A stretch of 64,000 nucleotides of DNA from an uncultured Acidobacteriota bacterium (GCA_963720545.1 OY970399.1:640001-704000), one strand, 5' to 3'. Shown: positions 51,620-61,481, counted from the stretch's first letter. A program made the numbers and translations. The notes: generated by a model not told the origin, from the sequence alone.

Positions 51620-53077
51620 CACCAGCGTCGCCGGACCCGGCACGCTGCCGTCTGCCGCCCGCTGATCCCGCGCGTAGACCGTGAAAAAGTCCTGCGCCTT
51701 GTCGTTCACGCGCCATGGATAGCCGAAGTAGCGCTTCGCGACGACGCCGTAGGTCTGCGGCCTGGCGCCGGGATAGTCGGCGTCGAAACGGAAGATGCGC
51801 GCGCCCATGCGCTCGTTCACGAACGCGACCACTTGCTTCTGTTGTGGGATCGACTGGCGAGAGTCCTCGCGGTAGTGGCACACCAGCGTGAAGGCACCGG
51901 CAACCGGCGCGAGCACGCAGTATGCGAGGGCCGCGGCGCGCGCCGCCCCACCGCGCGCGACCAGCGCGCGCACGGCCGCGACCACGGTTATGAACGCGAA
52001 CGGCACAAACGGCAGCACGTAGTGGGCGAAGTAACCGCGGCCGGCAACGAGGCCGAACACCAGGATCGAGCCGAGCGCCGCCCAGAAGAGGAGCGCCACG
52101 CGGCGGTTGGCCGCGGCGGCGAGTCGCATGATCCCGAACAGCACGAGCAGCCAGCCGGCCGCCTCGAGAAGCAGGAGCAGCGCCGACGCCGGAATGGATC
52201 CGCCCCAGAACGAATGCAGCGCCTCGACACCGCCCTGGCCCCAGAACGCGAACGGGTCGAAGCCGCCGAAATGGCCCTTCGCTGCGAGATAGGAGGCGTC
52301 GGTGGTGGCGAAGGCGAAGAACTGCGCGAACAGGCCGAGGAGCGTCGTCAAGTCGCGATGGCCAGCTGCGCCGCCACTCGCCAGCGCCCGCGTGTTCGCG
52401 AAGCCGTTCGACAGCTCGTGCACTAGATAAGGGACATAGAAGAGGATGCCGAACGCGGTGCCGGCGAGGACCGCGGGCACGTTGAGCCGCGGCCTGTATA
52501 CGAGAAGCGCTGCGGCAACGACGCCGGCGAGGCACACGAAGGCGATGTGCGCCTGGGTGACGACCAGCAGGCTGAAGGGCAGCAGCGCCACGAAGCGGCT
52601 GCGTGGCTGCGACAAGACGCGCACCAGCGCGTAGAGCGTCAGGAACGCGAACGGCGGAAAAATGTCTGCCGGCCAGACACGGTCGGTGAACGTTACGAGC
52701 GCCGGCGACACGGCCGCGAGTGACAGGAAGATGAGCCCGGCGGTTTCATCCCACAGCCGCGCGAACGCGGCGCAGCCGAGGCACACTCCCACGGTGCCGA
52801 GCAGCGCGAAGAAGACACTGCCGGCGAGCGGGTCCGGTGTCGCGAGCAGCGGCACCGCGACGAACAGGTAGAAAAACGGCCCCGGAGTGTGCGCGTCGGT
52901 CGCCGACACGCCGGGACCGAGGGCGGGAATGCCGCGGCCCTCCGCAACGTCGAGGGCGCTCGTGTAGCACTGCGCCTCGTCGACGTCGAAGCGCGCGAAC
53001 CACGCGCCCGCGAGCCGCACCAGGAGCGCAACCAGCAAGAGGACGACGAACAGCGCGCGGCGCCCGGAATGCTGCAA
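51581..53077 (-). CDS. GT-C glycosyltransferase (ArnT-like); start approximate
   Basis: FDVDEAQ, GPFFYL, QAH, FAHYVLP; many TM helices. Confidence 0.75.
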   Translation of the reverse strand: MQHSGRRALFVVLLLVALLVRLAGAWFARFDVDEAQCYTSALDVAEGRGIPALGPGVSATDAHTPGPFFYLFVAVPLLATPDPLAGSVFFALLGTVGVCLGCAAFARLWDETAGLIFLSLAAVSPALVTFTDRVWPADIFPPFAFLTLYALVRVLSQPRSRFVALLPFSLLVVTQAHIAFVCLAGVVAAALLVYRPRLNVPAVLAGTAFGILFYVPYLVHELSNGFANTRALASGGAAGHRDLTTLLGLFAQFFAFATTDASYLAAKGHFGGFDPFAFWGQGGVEALHSFWGGSIPASALLLLLEAAGWLLVLFGIMRLAAAANRRVALLFWAALGSILVFGLVAGRGYFAHYVLPFVPFAFITVVAAVRALVARGGAARAAALAYCVLAPVAGAFTLVCHYREDSRQSIPQQKQVVAFVNERMGARIFRFDADYPGARPQTYGVVAKRYFGYPWRVNDKAQDFFTVYARDQRAADGSVPGPATLVLDTVAVVHERAD

Positions 53078-53118
53078 TCGGGTCGAGTTTATCAAAGCGG
53101 CGTCGCGGCTCTCGTAGA

Positions 53119-54075
53119 ATGACGGCGGTGACGAGCGCATCGACGACGGCGGGCATCCGCGTGTCCTGCAACCTCTGCGGCGCGGACGATTTCGAGGTGC
53201 GCTTCGAGGCGGCGCCGCCCCGGCAGCAGGACCTCGCATCCGATCTCAAGGCCTCGACCGACCGCTTCGCGAGCTACGGCCGCATCGTCCGCTGCCGCGT
53301 CTGCCGGCTCGTGTACACCAACCCCCGGCCATCGGCCGAGATCCTCACCAACGGCTACGAGGAGGTCGAGGATCCGGACTACCTTGCGGAGCCGTCGAGC
53401 CGCAGCATCAACGCCCACATGGCGCTGCACACGGTGCGGCGCTTCGCTCGCTCGGGCCACCTGCTCGACATCGGCTGTTCCGCCGGTTTCATGCTGCAGG
53501 CGGCGCGCGGCGACTACGTGGTCACCGGCCTCGAGCCTTCGCGCTGGGCCTGCGACCTCATCCGGGGCAAGTACGGTCTCGAAGTGGTGCAGGGCACGAT
53601 CGACACCGCCGACTTCCCCGCCGGCAGCTTCGACATCATCACGATGAACGACGTCATCGAGCACCTCGACGACCCCAGCCGCGCGCTCGTGAGGCTGCGC
53701 GCCTGGCTGCGCCCGGGCGGCCTGCTCTACATCGTAACGCCCGACATCGAGAGCCTGTCGGCAAGGCTGCTGCAGGGGCGATGGTGGGGCCTGCGGCCCG
53801 CGCACATCTACTACTTCTCGCGCAAGACGATGCGCGCGCTGCTGCACCGCGCGGGCTTCGAGGTGGTGTTCGAGAAATCGTATGGCCGCGTCTTCACCTG
53901 GGAATACTGGCTGAGCCGCCTCGCCAACTATCCGGCGTTCATCCGCGACACGGTCGGCGCGGGCGTGCGTGCTTTCGGCGTCGAGCACAAGTTCCTCTAC
54001 CTCGACACCCGCGACTCGATGGAGATGTGCGCGAGAGTCGCCGGCGCGCCGGCGGCCGCCGACCAGGCGGGATGA
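53119..54075 (+). CDS. Class I SAM-dependent methyltransferase with N-terminal Cys zinc motifs
   Basis: CNLC, CRVC, LLDIGCSAG, DVIEHL, HIYYFS; GTG 53128 is an alternative start. Confidence 0.92.
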   Translation: MTAVTSASTTAGIRVSCNLCGADDFEVRFEAAPPRQQDLASDLKASTDRFASYGRIVRCRVCRLVYTNPRPSAEILTNGYEEVEDPDYLAEPSSRSINAHMALHTVRRFARSGHLLDIGCSAGFMLQAARGDYVVTGLEPSRWACDLIRGKYGLEVVQGTIDTADFPAGSFDIITMNDVIEHLDDPSRALVRLRAWLRPGGLLYIVTPDIESLSARLLQGRWWGLRPAHIYYFSRKTMRALLHRAGFEVVFEKSYGRVFTWEYWLSRLANYPAFIRDTVGAGVRAFGVEHKFLYLDTRDSMEMCARVAGAPAAADQAG

Positions 54076-56285
54076 AGAACGCGGCGCTCGCGTTCGCCTT
54101 GTTCGCGGCGGTCGCCATCGCCTGGCTCGCTCCGGTTTCGCTTTCGCCCCGCGACACCGTGCAGGACTCGGGCGATCCGCTCCACATCGCGTGGATCCTG
54201 GCCTGGGACGCGCACCAGCTGGCGCGCAACCCGCTGCGGCTCTACGAATCGAACAGCTTCTTCCCATACCCCCGCAGCCTCGCCTTCTCGGAACACCTGC
54301 TGCCCGAAGCGATCCTGGTTGCGCCGGTCAACTGGCTGACCGGCAACGCCGTTCTCGCCGCGAACCTGAGCGCCTGCCTGGGGCTGACGCTTTCAGCCTT
54401 CGCCATGTGGCTGCTGGTGCGTGAATGGACCGGCAGTCCGCCGGCCGCCGTGCTGGCGGCGCTCCTCTACGCCTTCAACACTTTCACGCGCAGCGAAGCG
54501 CCGCGCCTGCACCTGCTGCACATGCAGTGGTGGCCGCTCGCGCTCCTGATGCTGACGCGCTACGCGCGCGACCGCCGACCCACGCACGCCTGGGCGTTCG
54601 CTGGCTTCTTGCTGCTGCAGGGCCTGTCCTGCACCTATTACCTGGTGTTCAGCGTTGCGCTTGCGCCGCTCTGGGTCGCGGGCGTCTTCTGGTGGCAGCG
54701 GCGTGCTCCGTCGCGCACGGAGTGGCTGACATTCGCCGTCGCGTCGGTCGCGGCCGCGGCGCTCGCGCTGGCGGTGTTGTGGCCACTCATCGCCAACATT
54801 CGCGCCATGGGTTTCGAAAAGACCTGGAGCGCCGGAGTGGACCTGCTCGCCTACCTGTGGCCCCAGCCGCGCCACCTGCTGTGGGGGTTCCTCGCTCGCA
54901 ACTCGCCTTCCGCGGTTGCCGACACGCCACACTTCCTCGGCCTCGCTGGCGTTGTGGCGATGGCGTATGGCGCCTTGATTGGCCTGGCGCGCCGCCATTC
55001 GCGGCCGCTCGCAGCGATCGCCGCCGGCACACTTCTCATCGGCCTGGTCTTTTCTTTCGGACCCGACCTGCTCGTCGGCGGCAGTGCAGTGTTTCCCGCG
55101 CCCTACGGCTTCCTCTACAGCCACATTCCTCTTTTGCGCGGCATGGCCAGTCCCGAGCGCTTCGCCGTGCTGGTGCGCTTCGGCGGCGCTCTGCTCATCG
55201 GTTTCGCGGCCGCGGCCGTGCTGCAACAGCCGGTGACCAAAGCCCGCCGCGTCGGCGCAACGCTCGCGGCGCTGCTGCTCGTCGGCGAGCACTGGACGGC
55301 AGCCACCGCGCCATGGAAGGCGCCCGTCGGCGCGCTGGTTCCACCGGTCTATGGCTGGCTCGCGACCCAAGGCACGGGTCCGCTCATCGAACTGCCGGTC
55401 TATCACGAGCGCGTGAAGCGCCTGCGGGCCGCCTACATGTACTTCTCGACGCTCCACTGGCGGCCCATCCCGCTGGGGCGCACGTCTTTCTATCCGCCCG
55501 ACCACGACTACCTCGCGTGGTCGCTGCGCGACTTCCCCGACCAGGACTCGGTCGAGATCCTCCGCCGCCTCGGTATCGGCACGATCGTCGTGCATCCGGA
55601 GCTGTGGCGGGAACCGAAGCGCGGCGAGCACCTGCGCACGCTCGATGCCGACCCGCGGCTGCAGCTGGTGCGCACGTTCGGCGCGGCCGACCCGTCGCTG
55701 GCCCCGGAGCTCGGCCTCGGCGAAGAGCGCGTCTATCGTGTCGTGCTGGAAGCGCCCGCAGCGCCGGCAATGCTCCCTTGCACGCCGGAGAACGAGCTGC
55801 CGCGCGCCGGCTGGCAGCTTGCGCATTCCGGCCGCAAGCTGCCGCGGCTCGCGACCGACGGCGATCCGCGCACGGCCTGGTTCACGCACGAGCCGATGCG
55901 GCCGGGCGACTACTTCGAAGTGCGGCTTGCAGCGCCGGCGGCCGTTGCAGCGATCGCCATGGATGCGAGCTATCCCTACGACGAGTTCCCGCGCAACCTC
56001 ACGGTCGAGACGACGCTCGACGGCTCGACCTGGCAGCCGTGGCCCACGAGCCGCTCGCTCGACGAGTCGTGGCAGTACATCGCTGCCCTCATCGAGCACC
56101 CGCGAGCCGCCCAGTTCATCAGCCGGCCGCGCACCGCGGCGGTGGTGCGAGGCGTGCGGCTCAGCATCGCGCGCAGCGGCTGGGACGACGCCTGGCCGCA
56201 GTGGCGCATCGCGGAATTGCGGCTCTACTCCGAATGCCGCGCCGCGGCGGCGGCCGCGGGCCGCGTGGTAGGCTCCGGACCCTGA
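54072..56285 (+). CDS. GT-C/YfhO-like membrane protein with C-terminal F5/8 type C (discoidin)-like domain
   Basis: DSGDPL..WILAW, FFPYPRSLAFSEHL, PERF, YMYFSTLHW; ATDGDPRTAW...WRIAELRLY. Confidence 0.75.
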   Translation: MKNAALAFALFAAVAIAWLAPVSLSPRDTVQDSGDPLHIAWILAWDAHQLARNPLRLYESNSFFPYPRSLAFSEHLLPEAILVAPVNWLTGNAVLAANLSACLGLTLSAFAMWLLVREWTGSPPAAVLAALLYAFNTFTRSEAPRLHLLHMQWWPLALLMLTRYARDRRPTHAWAFAGFLLLQGLSCTYYLVFSVALAPLWVAGVFWWQRRAPSRTEWLTFAVASVAAAALALAVLWPLIANIRAMGFEKTWSAGVDLLAYLWPQPRHLLWGFLARNSPSAVADTPHFLGLAGVVAMAYGALIGLARRHSRPLAAIAAGTLLIGLVFSFGPDLLVGGSAVFPAPYGFLYSHIPLLRGMASPERFAVLVRFGGALLIGFAAAAVLQQPVTKARRVGATLAALLLVGEHWTAATAPWKAPVGALVPPVYGWLATQGTGPLIELPVYHERVKRLRAAYMYFSTLHWRPIPLGRTSFYPPDHDYLAWSLRDFPDQDSVEILRRLGIGTIVVHPELWREPKRGEHLRTLDADPRLQLVRTFGAADPSLAPELGLGEERVYRVVLEAPAAPAMLPCTPENELPRAGWQLAHSGRKLPRLATDGDPRTAWFTHEPMRPGDYFEVRLAAPAAVAAIAMDASYPYDEFPRNLTVETTLDGSTWQPWPTSRSLDESWQYIAALIEHPRAAQFISRPRTAAVVRGVRLSIARSGWDDAWPQWRIAELRLYSECRAAAAAAGRVVGSGP

Positions 56286-56287
56286 AC

Positions 56288-56926
56288 ATGACTTCCGCGC
56301 CGCCGAAGGTTTCACCGAAGATCGAGAAGGGCGACCTCAGCGCCGAGCGGCTGGCGAAGTACCTGAAGGCGGAGGCAGTTGCGGTCGACACCGAAACGCT
56401 GGGCCTGCAGCCGCTGCGCGACCGCCTGTGCGTGGTGCAGCTGTGCGACCGCGCCATGAACGCGACGCTGGTGCAGATTCCCCAGCACACGACCAGCGCG
56501 CCGCGGCTCAAGGAGCTGTTCGAGGCCAAAGCGGTCTTGAAGGTGTTCCACTTCGCGCGCTTCGACGTGGCCGCGCTGCGGCACGCGCTCGGCATCAAGG
56601 TGGATCCGCTCTACTGCACCCGCACCGCCAGCAAGCTGGTGCGCACCTACACCGACCGCCATGGGCTGAAGGACGTGGCCGCGGAGTTCCTCGACGTCGA
56701 GATGGAGAAGCAGACCCGGCACAGCGACTGGGGCGCCGAGAGACTATCGAAGGAGCAGGTGAAGTACGCGATCTCCGACGTCACCATGCTGCTGCCGATC
56801 ATGGACGGCCTGCAGGCGCGGCTTCTGCGCGAAGGCCGCGCGCAGCTCGCCGACGAGTGCTTCAAGGCGATTCCGACCATCGCGCAGCTCGACCTGCTGA
56901 GTTTCGAGAACCTGTTCGAGCACTAG
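56288..56926 (+). CDS. Ribonuclease D-like DEDDy 3'-5' exonuclease
   Basis: AVDTETLGL, FHFARFD, RTYTDRHGL, SDWG, YAISDV. Confidence 0.93.
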   Translation: MTSAPPKVSPKIEKGDLSAERLAKYLKAEAVAVDTETLGLQPLRDRLCVVQLCDRAMNATLVQIPQHTTSAPRLKELFEAKAVLKVFHFARFDVAALRHALGIKVDPLYCTRTASKLVRTYTDRHGLKDVAAEFLDVEMEKQTRHSDWGAERLSKEQVKYAISDVTMLLPIMDGLQARLLREGRAQLADECFKAIPTIAQLDLLSFENLFEH

Positions 56927-58200
56927 ATCAGCCCCTGGATCTCGTCGGGGTGGGTTGCCTTCAGCTGCTTGAGGGCGGCGATCAGCGCCTCGCCGTACTC
57001 GCGGCAATGGTTGAGGAAGGTTTCGGCGCGCGCGTGCGCCCAGCCGTCGGCGAACAGTGACTTCTCCTTGTCGGTGTGCGGCACCGAGGCGCCGCCCTCG
57101 ACGTGGTGCGGCGGGCGCCGCTCGTACTTGAACCCCGACATCCCCGAAAAAGCGGTGCGCAGCAGGTGGTCGATGACGCGCACGATGCGCGGCTGGTCGG
57201 AGCCGAGCAGCCGGCTGTCGGCGCGCACCGACACCTCGGTGCCCTTTTCCGTGAAGCCGATGACGATGCCGATGGAGGTGCCTTCGATGCGCATCAGGTC
57301 GTTGGCGAGCTCCGCCACCACGTCGCGGTGCTCGGCGCGCACGAAGCCGACCGGCGCGATGCGCACGCCGCCCACCGACATGACGTTGAGGAACGCGGTG
57401 CTGCGGTAGGCGTTCCACTCGAGCGGCACGCGGTAGTCGCGCAGCTCGTCGAGCACCTGCTTGGTGAGGTCGTCGCGCGTCAGCTTCTCGAACATGCGGA
57501 AGTCGAGCGGCGTGGCGCCGTGCAGGAGCGCGCTGGTGTCGGTGTAGATGCCGAGCGCCGCGGCTGCCCGGCCCTTCGCCCCGAGGTCGTCGAGCACGCC
57601 GAAGGCCATGGCGAGTGTTGCCATGAAGGAAGACGTGGAGCCAACCGGGATGCCGACGAACGCAAGCTTCACTTCGCGCACGCCGTGTTCGCGGCAGTTG
57701 CGCTCCACCACCTCCGGGTCGGCGTGATGGTCGGCGACGAAAAAGAACTCGCGCGCGGGCACGATGCCGGCGGTGTTGGTCATCCCCAGCGGCGGCGAGG
57801 TGTCGACCATGCAGTTGAGGCCGCGCGGCAGCCGCCCTTTGTTCGGGTCGTGCAGCTCGATGCCAACTTCCTGCACCATGCCGCGGTTCTGCGGATGGCC
57901 GAGGGTGCCGGTGAGTATCCGCACCTGGCGGGCGCCGAGGCTCAGGAGGATCCGCTGCAGCACCACGGCGCTGCCGAGCGCGTCCGGATCCCCTGCCCAC
58001 TGCGTGAAGATGTTGGCGCCGCGTCCACGGATGGCGCCCTGCGCGCGCTTCAGCCCGGTGTAGGCGATGTACGCCTGGCTCAGCAGCTCGATGTTGTGGC
58101 GAGTGAAGCGCTTGCCGAGGGGGGCGCCGAACTTGGCACCCACTGTCGCCGGGCTGGGCAGTCGAAGCGGCTTCTTGAGGATGGTCCCGTTACGCACCAC
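56923..58200 (-). CDS. DHH family phosphoesterase
   Basis: DPDALGS, VDTS, ADHH, GSTSS, LGIYTDT, VSVR, GG in DHHA1-like end. Confidence 0.85.
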   Translation of the reverse strand: MVRNGTILKKPLRLPSPATVGAKFGAPLGKRFTRHNIELLSQAYIAYTGLKRAQGAIRGRGANIFTQWAGDPDALGSAVVLQRILLSLGARQVRILTGTLGHPQNRGMVQEVGIELHDPNKGRLPRGLNCMVDTSPPLGMTNTAGIVPAREFFFVADHHADPEVVERNCREHGVREVKLAFVGIPVGSTSSFMATLAMAFGVLDDLGAKGRAAAALGIYTDTSALLHGATPLDFRMFEKLTRDDLTKQVLDELRDYRVPLEWNAYRSTAFLNVMSVGGVRIAPVGFVRAEHRDVVAELANDLMRIEGTSIGIVIGFTEKGTEVSVRADSRLLGSDQPRIVRVIDHLLRTAFSGMSGFKYERRPPHHVEGGASVPHTDKEKSLFADGWAHARAETFLNHCREYGEALIAALKQLKATHPDEIQGLI

Positions 58201-58359
58201 AGGGACGCCGATCCTAACACCAGCGCAAGGCCGGCCTCACCTGCGGCAGCCGGCGACCTTGGCAACCGGCCGGCCGCTCGGTCCAAGGCGTTCACGCCGG
58301 TATTTCAACAGCGCCTGCGGTGAAATCGTCACTCTAGTAGGCTTCGATCCAGCGGTCCT

Positions 58360-58435
58360 GCGCCCGTAGCTCAATGGATAGAGCACTTGGCTTCGAACCA
58401 AGGGGTTGGGGGTTCGAGTCCCTCCGGGCGCGCCA
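58360..58435 (+). tRNA. tRNA-Arg(TCG)
   Basis: Anticodon arm CTTGG-CTTCGAA-CCAAG; GGTTCGAGTCC; encoded CCA. Confidence 0.96.
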
Positions 58436-58592
58436 CATGACGGCCAGTTTTAAAGCGCCGGCGGAGGCTGCTGGCTGGACCTCTTTTGTCGTAGACGGTT
58501 GCGATCGCCAGTACTAATGTCGATACACACGGCGACCTAGTTCCCGATGTGACCTCCAGAGTAGGGACGGCAGGCGCGAGCGAGGAGGCTGT

Positions 58593-59900
58593 ATGAGTTC
58601 GATACCTGTTGGTTTCGTTGGCGGTTTGATCGCGCTGGTTGCGTTGCTGCCTGGGCAGACCGCTGAGTCAAAGGTGTCGGAGGCCGGCCAATTGATCGCT
58701 TCAGACGCGGGCATTAATGAGGGCTTTGGCACCGCGATCGCCATTGAAGGCGACGTAGCTGCTGTCGGAGCGCCAGGCGTAATCCACGACGGCCGCCGGG
58801 CGGGAGCGGTCTACCTTTTCGTCAAGCCAACAGGAGGCTGGAGTGAGAACCAGGTCGAAAGCGCCAGGCTCGAAGGTTCAGAGAGTTTTGCGGCCGGATT
58901 CTCGCCCTTGAGTTTTGGCCGGTTTATTGCGATGAGTGGCGACACGATTGTGGTCGGCGATCCGAACATCTACCGTACTCCTCAGCAGCGAAGCGAACCG
59001 CGAGCCTATGTATTCGTCAAGCCGGCAAGCGGCTGGACTGGCACGATCAATGAGACGGCCACGTTGCGGGCGTGGGGGGGCCACGGCGGATCTTCGCCTT
59101 CGTCCTTTGGCGGCCCGGTTGCGATCGATGGAGACACCGTGGTCATCGGCGGCAACAACGTGGACGACGGAGTTGTCTATGTCTTCCAGAAGCCCGCCGG
59201 CGGCTGGAGCGGGACGGTACACGAGCAGGTACGCCTTCACGGCAGGAGCGGCGGACCGTTCGGGGAGGGTATCGGCCTGAACGCCGTGGCCGTCCAGGGG
59301 CGCACAGTTGTGGCAAGCGCCACGGGGTTCTCGCTCGACGGCATACATGCGGCGGGTGCGGCCTACGTCTTCGAAAAGCCCCTGAGCGGCTGGCACGGAG
59401 ACGTTACGCCCACGGCGCGGCTGACGACGTCGAATCCGCAACAGCTCCTGCTGGGCTGGAGCGTCGCGGTTGCGCGAGACACGGTGTTTGCGAGTCAACC
59501 GACCTTTAACCAGGGTTCGCCCGACGTTTCTCCCGGCACTGCGCATGCGTTCGTTCGGCCGCCTTCAGGATGGCAGGACACGTTGACGCCGTCGGCCACG
59601 TTTGTCGTGCCAAGCCCCCCACGGCAGTTCGGAGGATTCGGTTCAGCAGTTGCTGCAGCAGGTAACAAACTCATAGTCTTTGGCGACCAGCAACGACTAG
59701 GCGAGGCGTTCAACATCCTGCTTCGATTCGAGCGGCCCCCTCTCGGTTGGTCGGGGACAATGACGCCAGTCGCACGCCTCTATCCCGCTGACCCTGCCGA
59801 TCGGATACTCGACAGTGTCTTCTTCTCGATCGCGACCAGCGGCAGGACAACGGTTCTTGGGGATCCCGATCACGGGAAGGCCTTCGTGTTCGATCAATAA
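58593..59900 (+). CDS. Secreted FG-GAP repeat (beta-propeller) protein
   Basis: Repeats of FG..A..GD..VGAP...GAVY(L/V)F.KP..GW; GGAGG SD; signal peptide. Confidence 0.88.
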   Translation: MSSIPVGFVGGLIALVALLPGQTAESKVSEAGQLIASDAGINEGFGTAIAIEGDVAAVGAPGVIHDGRRAGAVYLFVKPTGGWSENQVESARLEGSESFAAGFSPLSFGRFIAMSGDTIVVGDPNIYRTPQQRSEPRAYVFVKPASGWTGTINETATLRAWGGHGGSSPSSFGGPVAIDGDTVVIGGNNVDDGVVYVFQKPAGGWSGTVHEQVRLHGRSGGPFGEGIGLNAVAVQGRTVVASATGFSLDGIHAAGAAYVFEKPLSGWHGDVTPTARLTTSNPQQLLLGWSVAVARDTVFASQPTFNQGSPDVSPGTAHAFVRPPSGWQDTLTPSATFVVPSPPRQFGGFGSAVAAAGNKLIVFGDQQRLGEAFNILLRFERPPLGWSGTMTPVARLYPADPADRILDSVFFSIATSGRTTVLGDPDHGKAFVFDQ

Positions 59901-60344
59901 TTTCAGACTAGACGCGCTGCTTGCTGCTCCCCAGGAGACGGCGCGAGCCTCAACAATAGGCAAGATCCTGCCCGACTTGGACGCATCTTTGCTGATTGTC
60001 CACGATCACCCGGACGGGAAGACTTGCACCCCAACGCGTGACTGTGGATAACGAACGCCCGACCCGAACAGCTAGAACGGGTCCGGGGCGGGCGAAGGCG
60101 TCCTTTGAACGAAACCTCGCCTCTGCGAGGACCCCTCCGGGTGAACTCCTTACGCAGGACTTAAGCAACTGAAATGCCAAGGCGAACGACGCTGAAAAGC
60201 GTGGAATCGAGCCGAGAACGTTGGCCGCGACGCCCCTGGCGTGGGACATTTCTACAATGGCGAGCAGCGAGGCCTCAGAGAGTTCGCTGGTAGTGACGCT
60301 GGACATTAAGGCCTTGCCGGCAGACGACTAGCCTTCGACGAGGT

Positions 60345-60938
60345 ATGAATAAGAATCAGTTCCACGAATTGCTCTATCAAGCTTTCGAAACAGCCCGATG
60401 GAGCGTCAAGGTCTACGAAACCGCACTGCAGTGTGTGGAGAACGACGACCTTGAGAAGGCGTGGCGGGACCATTTCGATGGCTCGCGTCGGCAGGAACGC
60501 GCCCTCCAGGAAGTCTTCAAGACGCTTGCGCTGGACGAATCAGCAATGACCCGTGGGAGTGATCGTATCGGGTCCCTGGGACGGCGGTTGGTTGAAGCAA
60601 TGGAAGAGGCGCTCAAGGACGGCAACTCAGCGAACGCGGAAATTGTCGCGGCGGAGTGCGTGGTCGAAATCGAAGCCAAGGCGGCTTTGTATTGGGATGT
60701 CATCGGCGAACGCGCCAAGCGCCTGGTCGGCGTAGAAGGTGCTGCCGTCAAGGCAGCGCACGCCGAGGTAGTGGGTGAGCAACAGAAGCGCCTCTACTAC
60801 ACCACCGGCTGGGTCCGCGAGCTGTGGATCAGTGCGTTAGGTATGCCTGCTGTGTTGCCACCGCCAGAGCATGAGAGACGGGTGACTTCAGCCATCGGAG
60901 CCGCTCGAGCGCGACAAAGCCGTGCGGAGATGCTCTAG
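60345..60938 (+). CDS. Ferritin-like four-helix-bundle hypothetical protein
   Basis: ELLYQAFET..VYETALQC..NDDL; AAECVV; GWVRELW..LGMPAVLPPPE..VTSAIGAARA. Confidence 0.7.
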   Translation: MNKNQFHELLYQAFETARWSVKVYETALQCVENDDLEKAWRDHFDGSRRQERALQEVFKTLALDESAMTRGSDRIGSLGRRLVEAMEEALKDGNSANAEIVAAECVVEIEAKAALYWDVIGERAKRLVGVEGAAVKAAHAEVVGEQQKRLYYTTGWVRELWISALGMPAVLPPPEHERRVTSAIGAARARQSRAEML

Positions 60939-61045
60939 GCCCACCTCTTCTTTGCCATGGACGTTGAAATGAACCAGGTTTAGTCTCGGCACCAGGCAAT
61001 TCCCACGAGACGCCGGGCATCCTCCCGACGCCGGTATTCTTCGAT

Positions 61046-61303
61046 CTAGACGTTGACGATCGTGCCGGCCAGCCGCTCGCGATAGTGCTTGTAGATGACC
61101 GCGCCCAGGGCGGCGATGCCGCCGAGGACGATGACAGCGGCGATGACGCGGAACAGGCTGCGGAACCAGGCGTAGGCGAGGCCGAGGGCTGGCCACTGGA
61201 CCCACCAATGACCCGGCGAGGTCATGAGGTTGATTGTGAACAGGAACGCCAGGATGAGCGGCGCCTTGAAGAGGAACGCGACCGCCTTGATCGTCTTCGT
61301 CAT
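61046..61303 (-). CDS. Small membrane protein (2TM-domain-like)
   Basis: FTINLMTSPGHWWVQWPALG motif; three hydrophobic segments; AGGGGG SD; GAAC-N16-CGTA ECF-type promoter at 61327-61350. Confidence 0.75.
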   Translation of the reverse strand: MTKTIKAVAFLFKAPLILAFLFTINLMTSPGHWWVQWPALGLAYAWFRSLFRVIAAVIVLGGIAALGAVIYKHYRERLAGTIVNV

Positions 61304-61481
61304 CTGAGGGGCCCCTTGATCAGAAATACGCGTGGTACGTTGCGAAGTTCGATCCAAGGCCGCGTATCGGACATCGCCAACAATCCAAGGCTCCGGAGAG
61401 GATTGTGCCGGCCAGCGCATTGGACGCCTCCAAACTGTTGCAGCCGTGGTATTTACACAGTGAACAATGATTGGAGTACGC

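Noticed and set aside
59950..60306. 118-aa minus-strand ORF
   Set aside because: No recognisable motif, atypical codon usage and weak SD; it cannot be supported.
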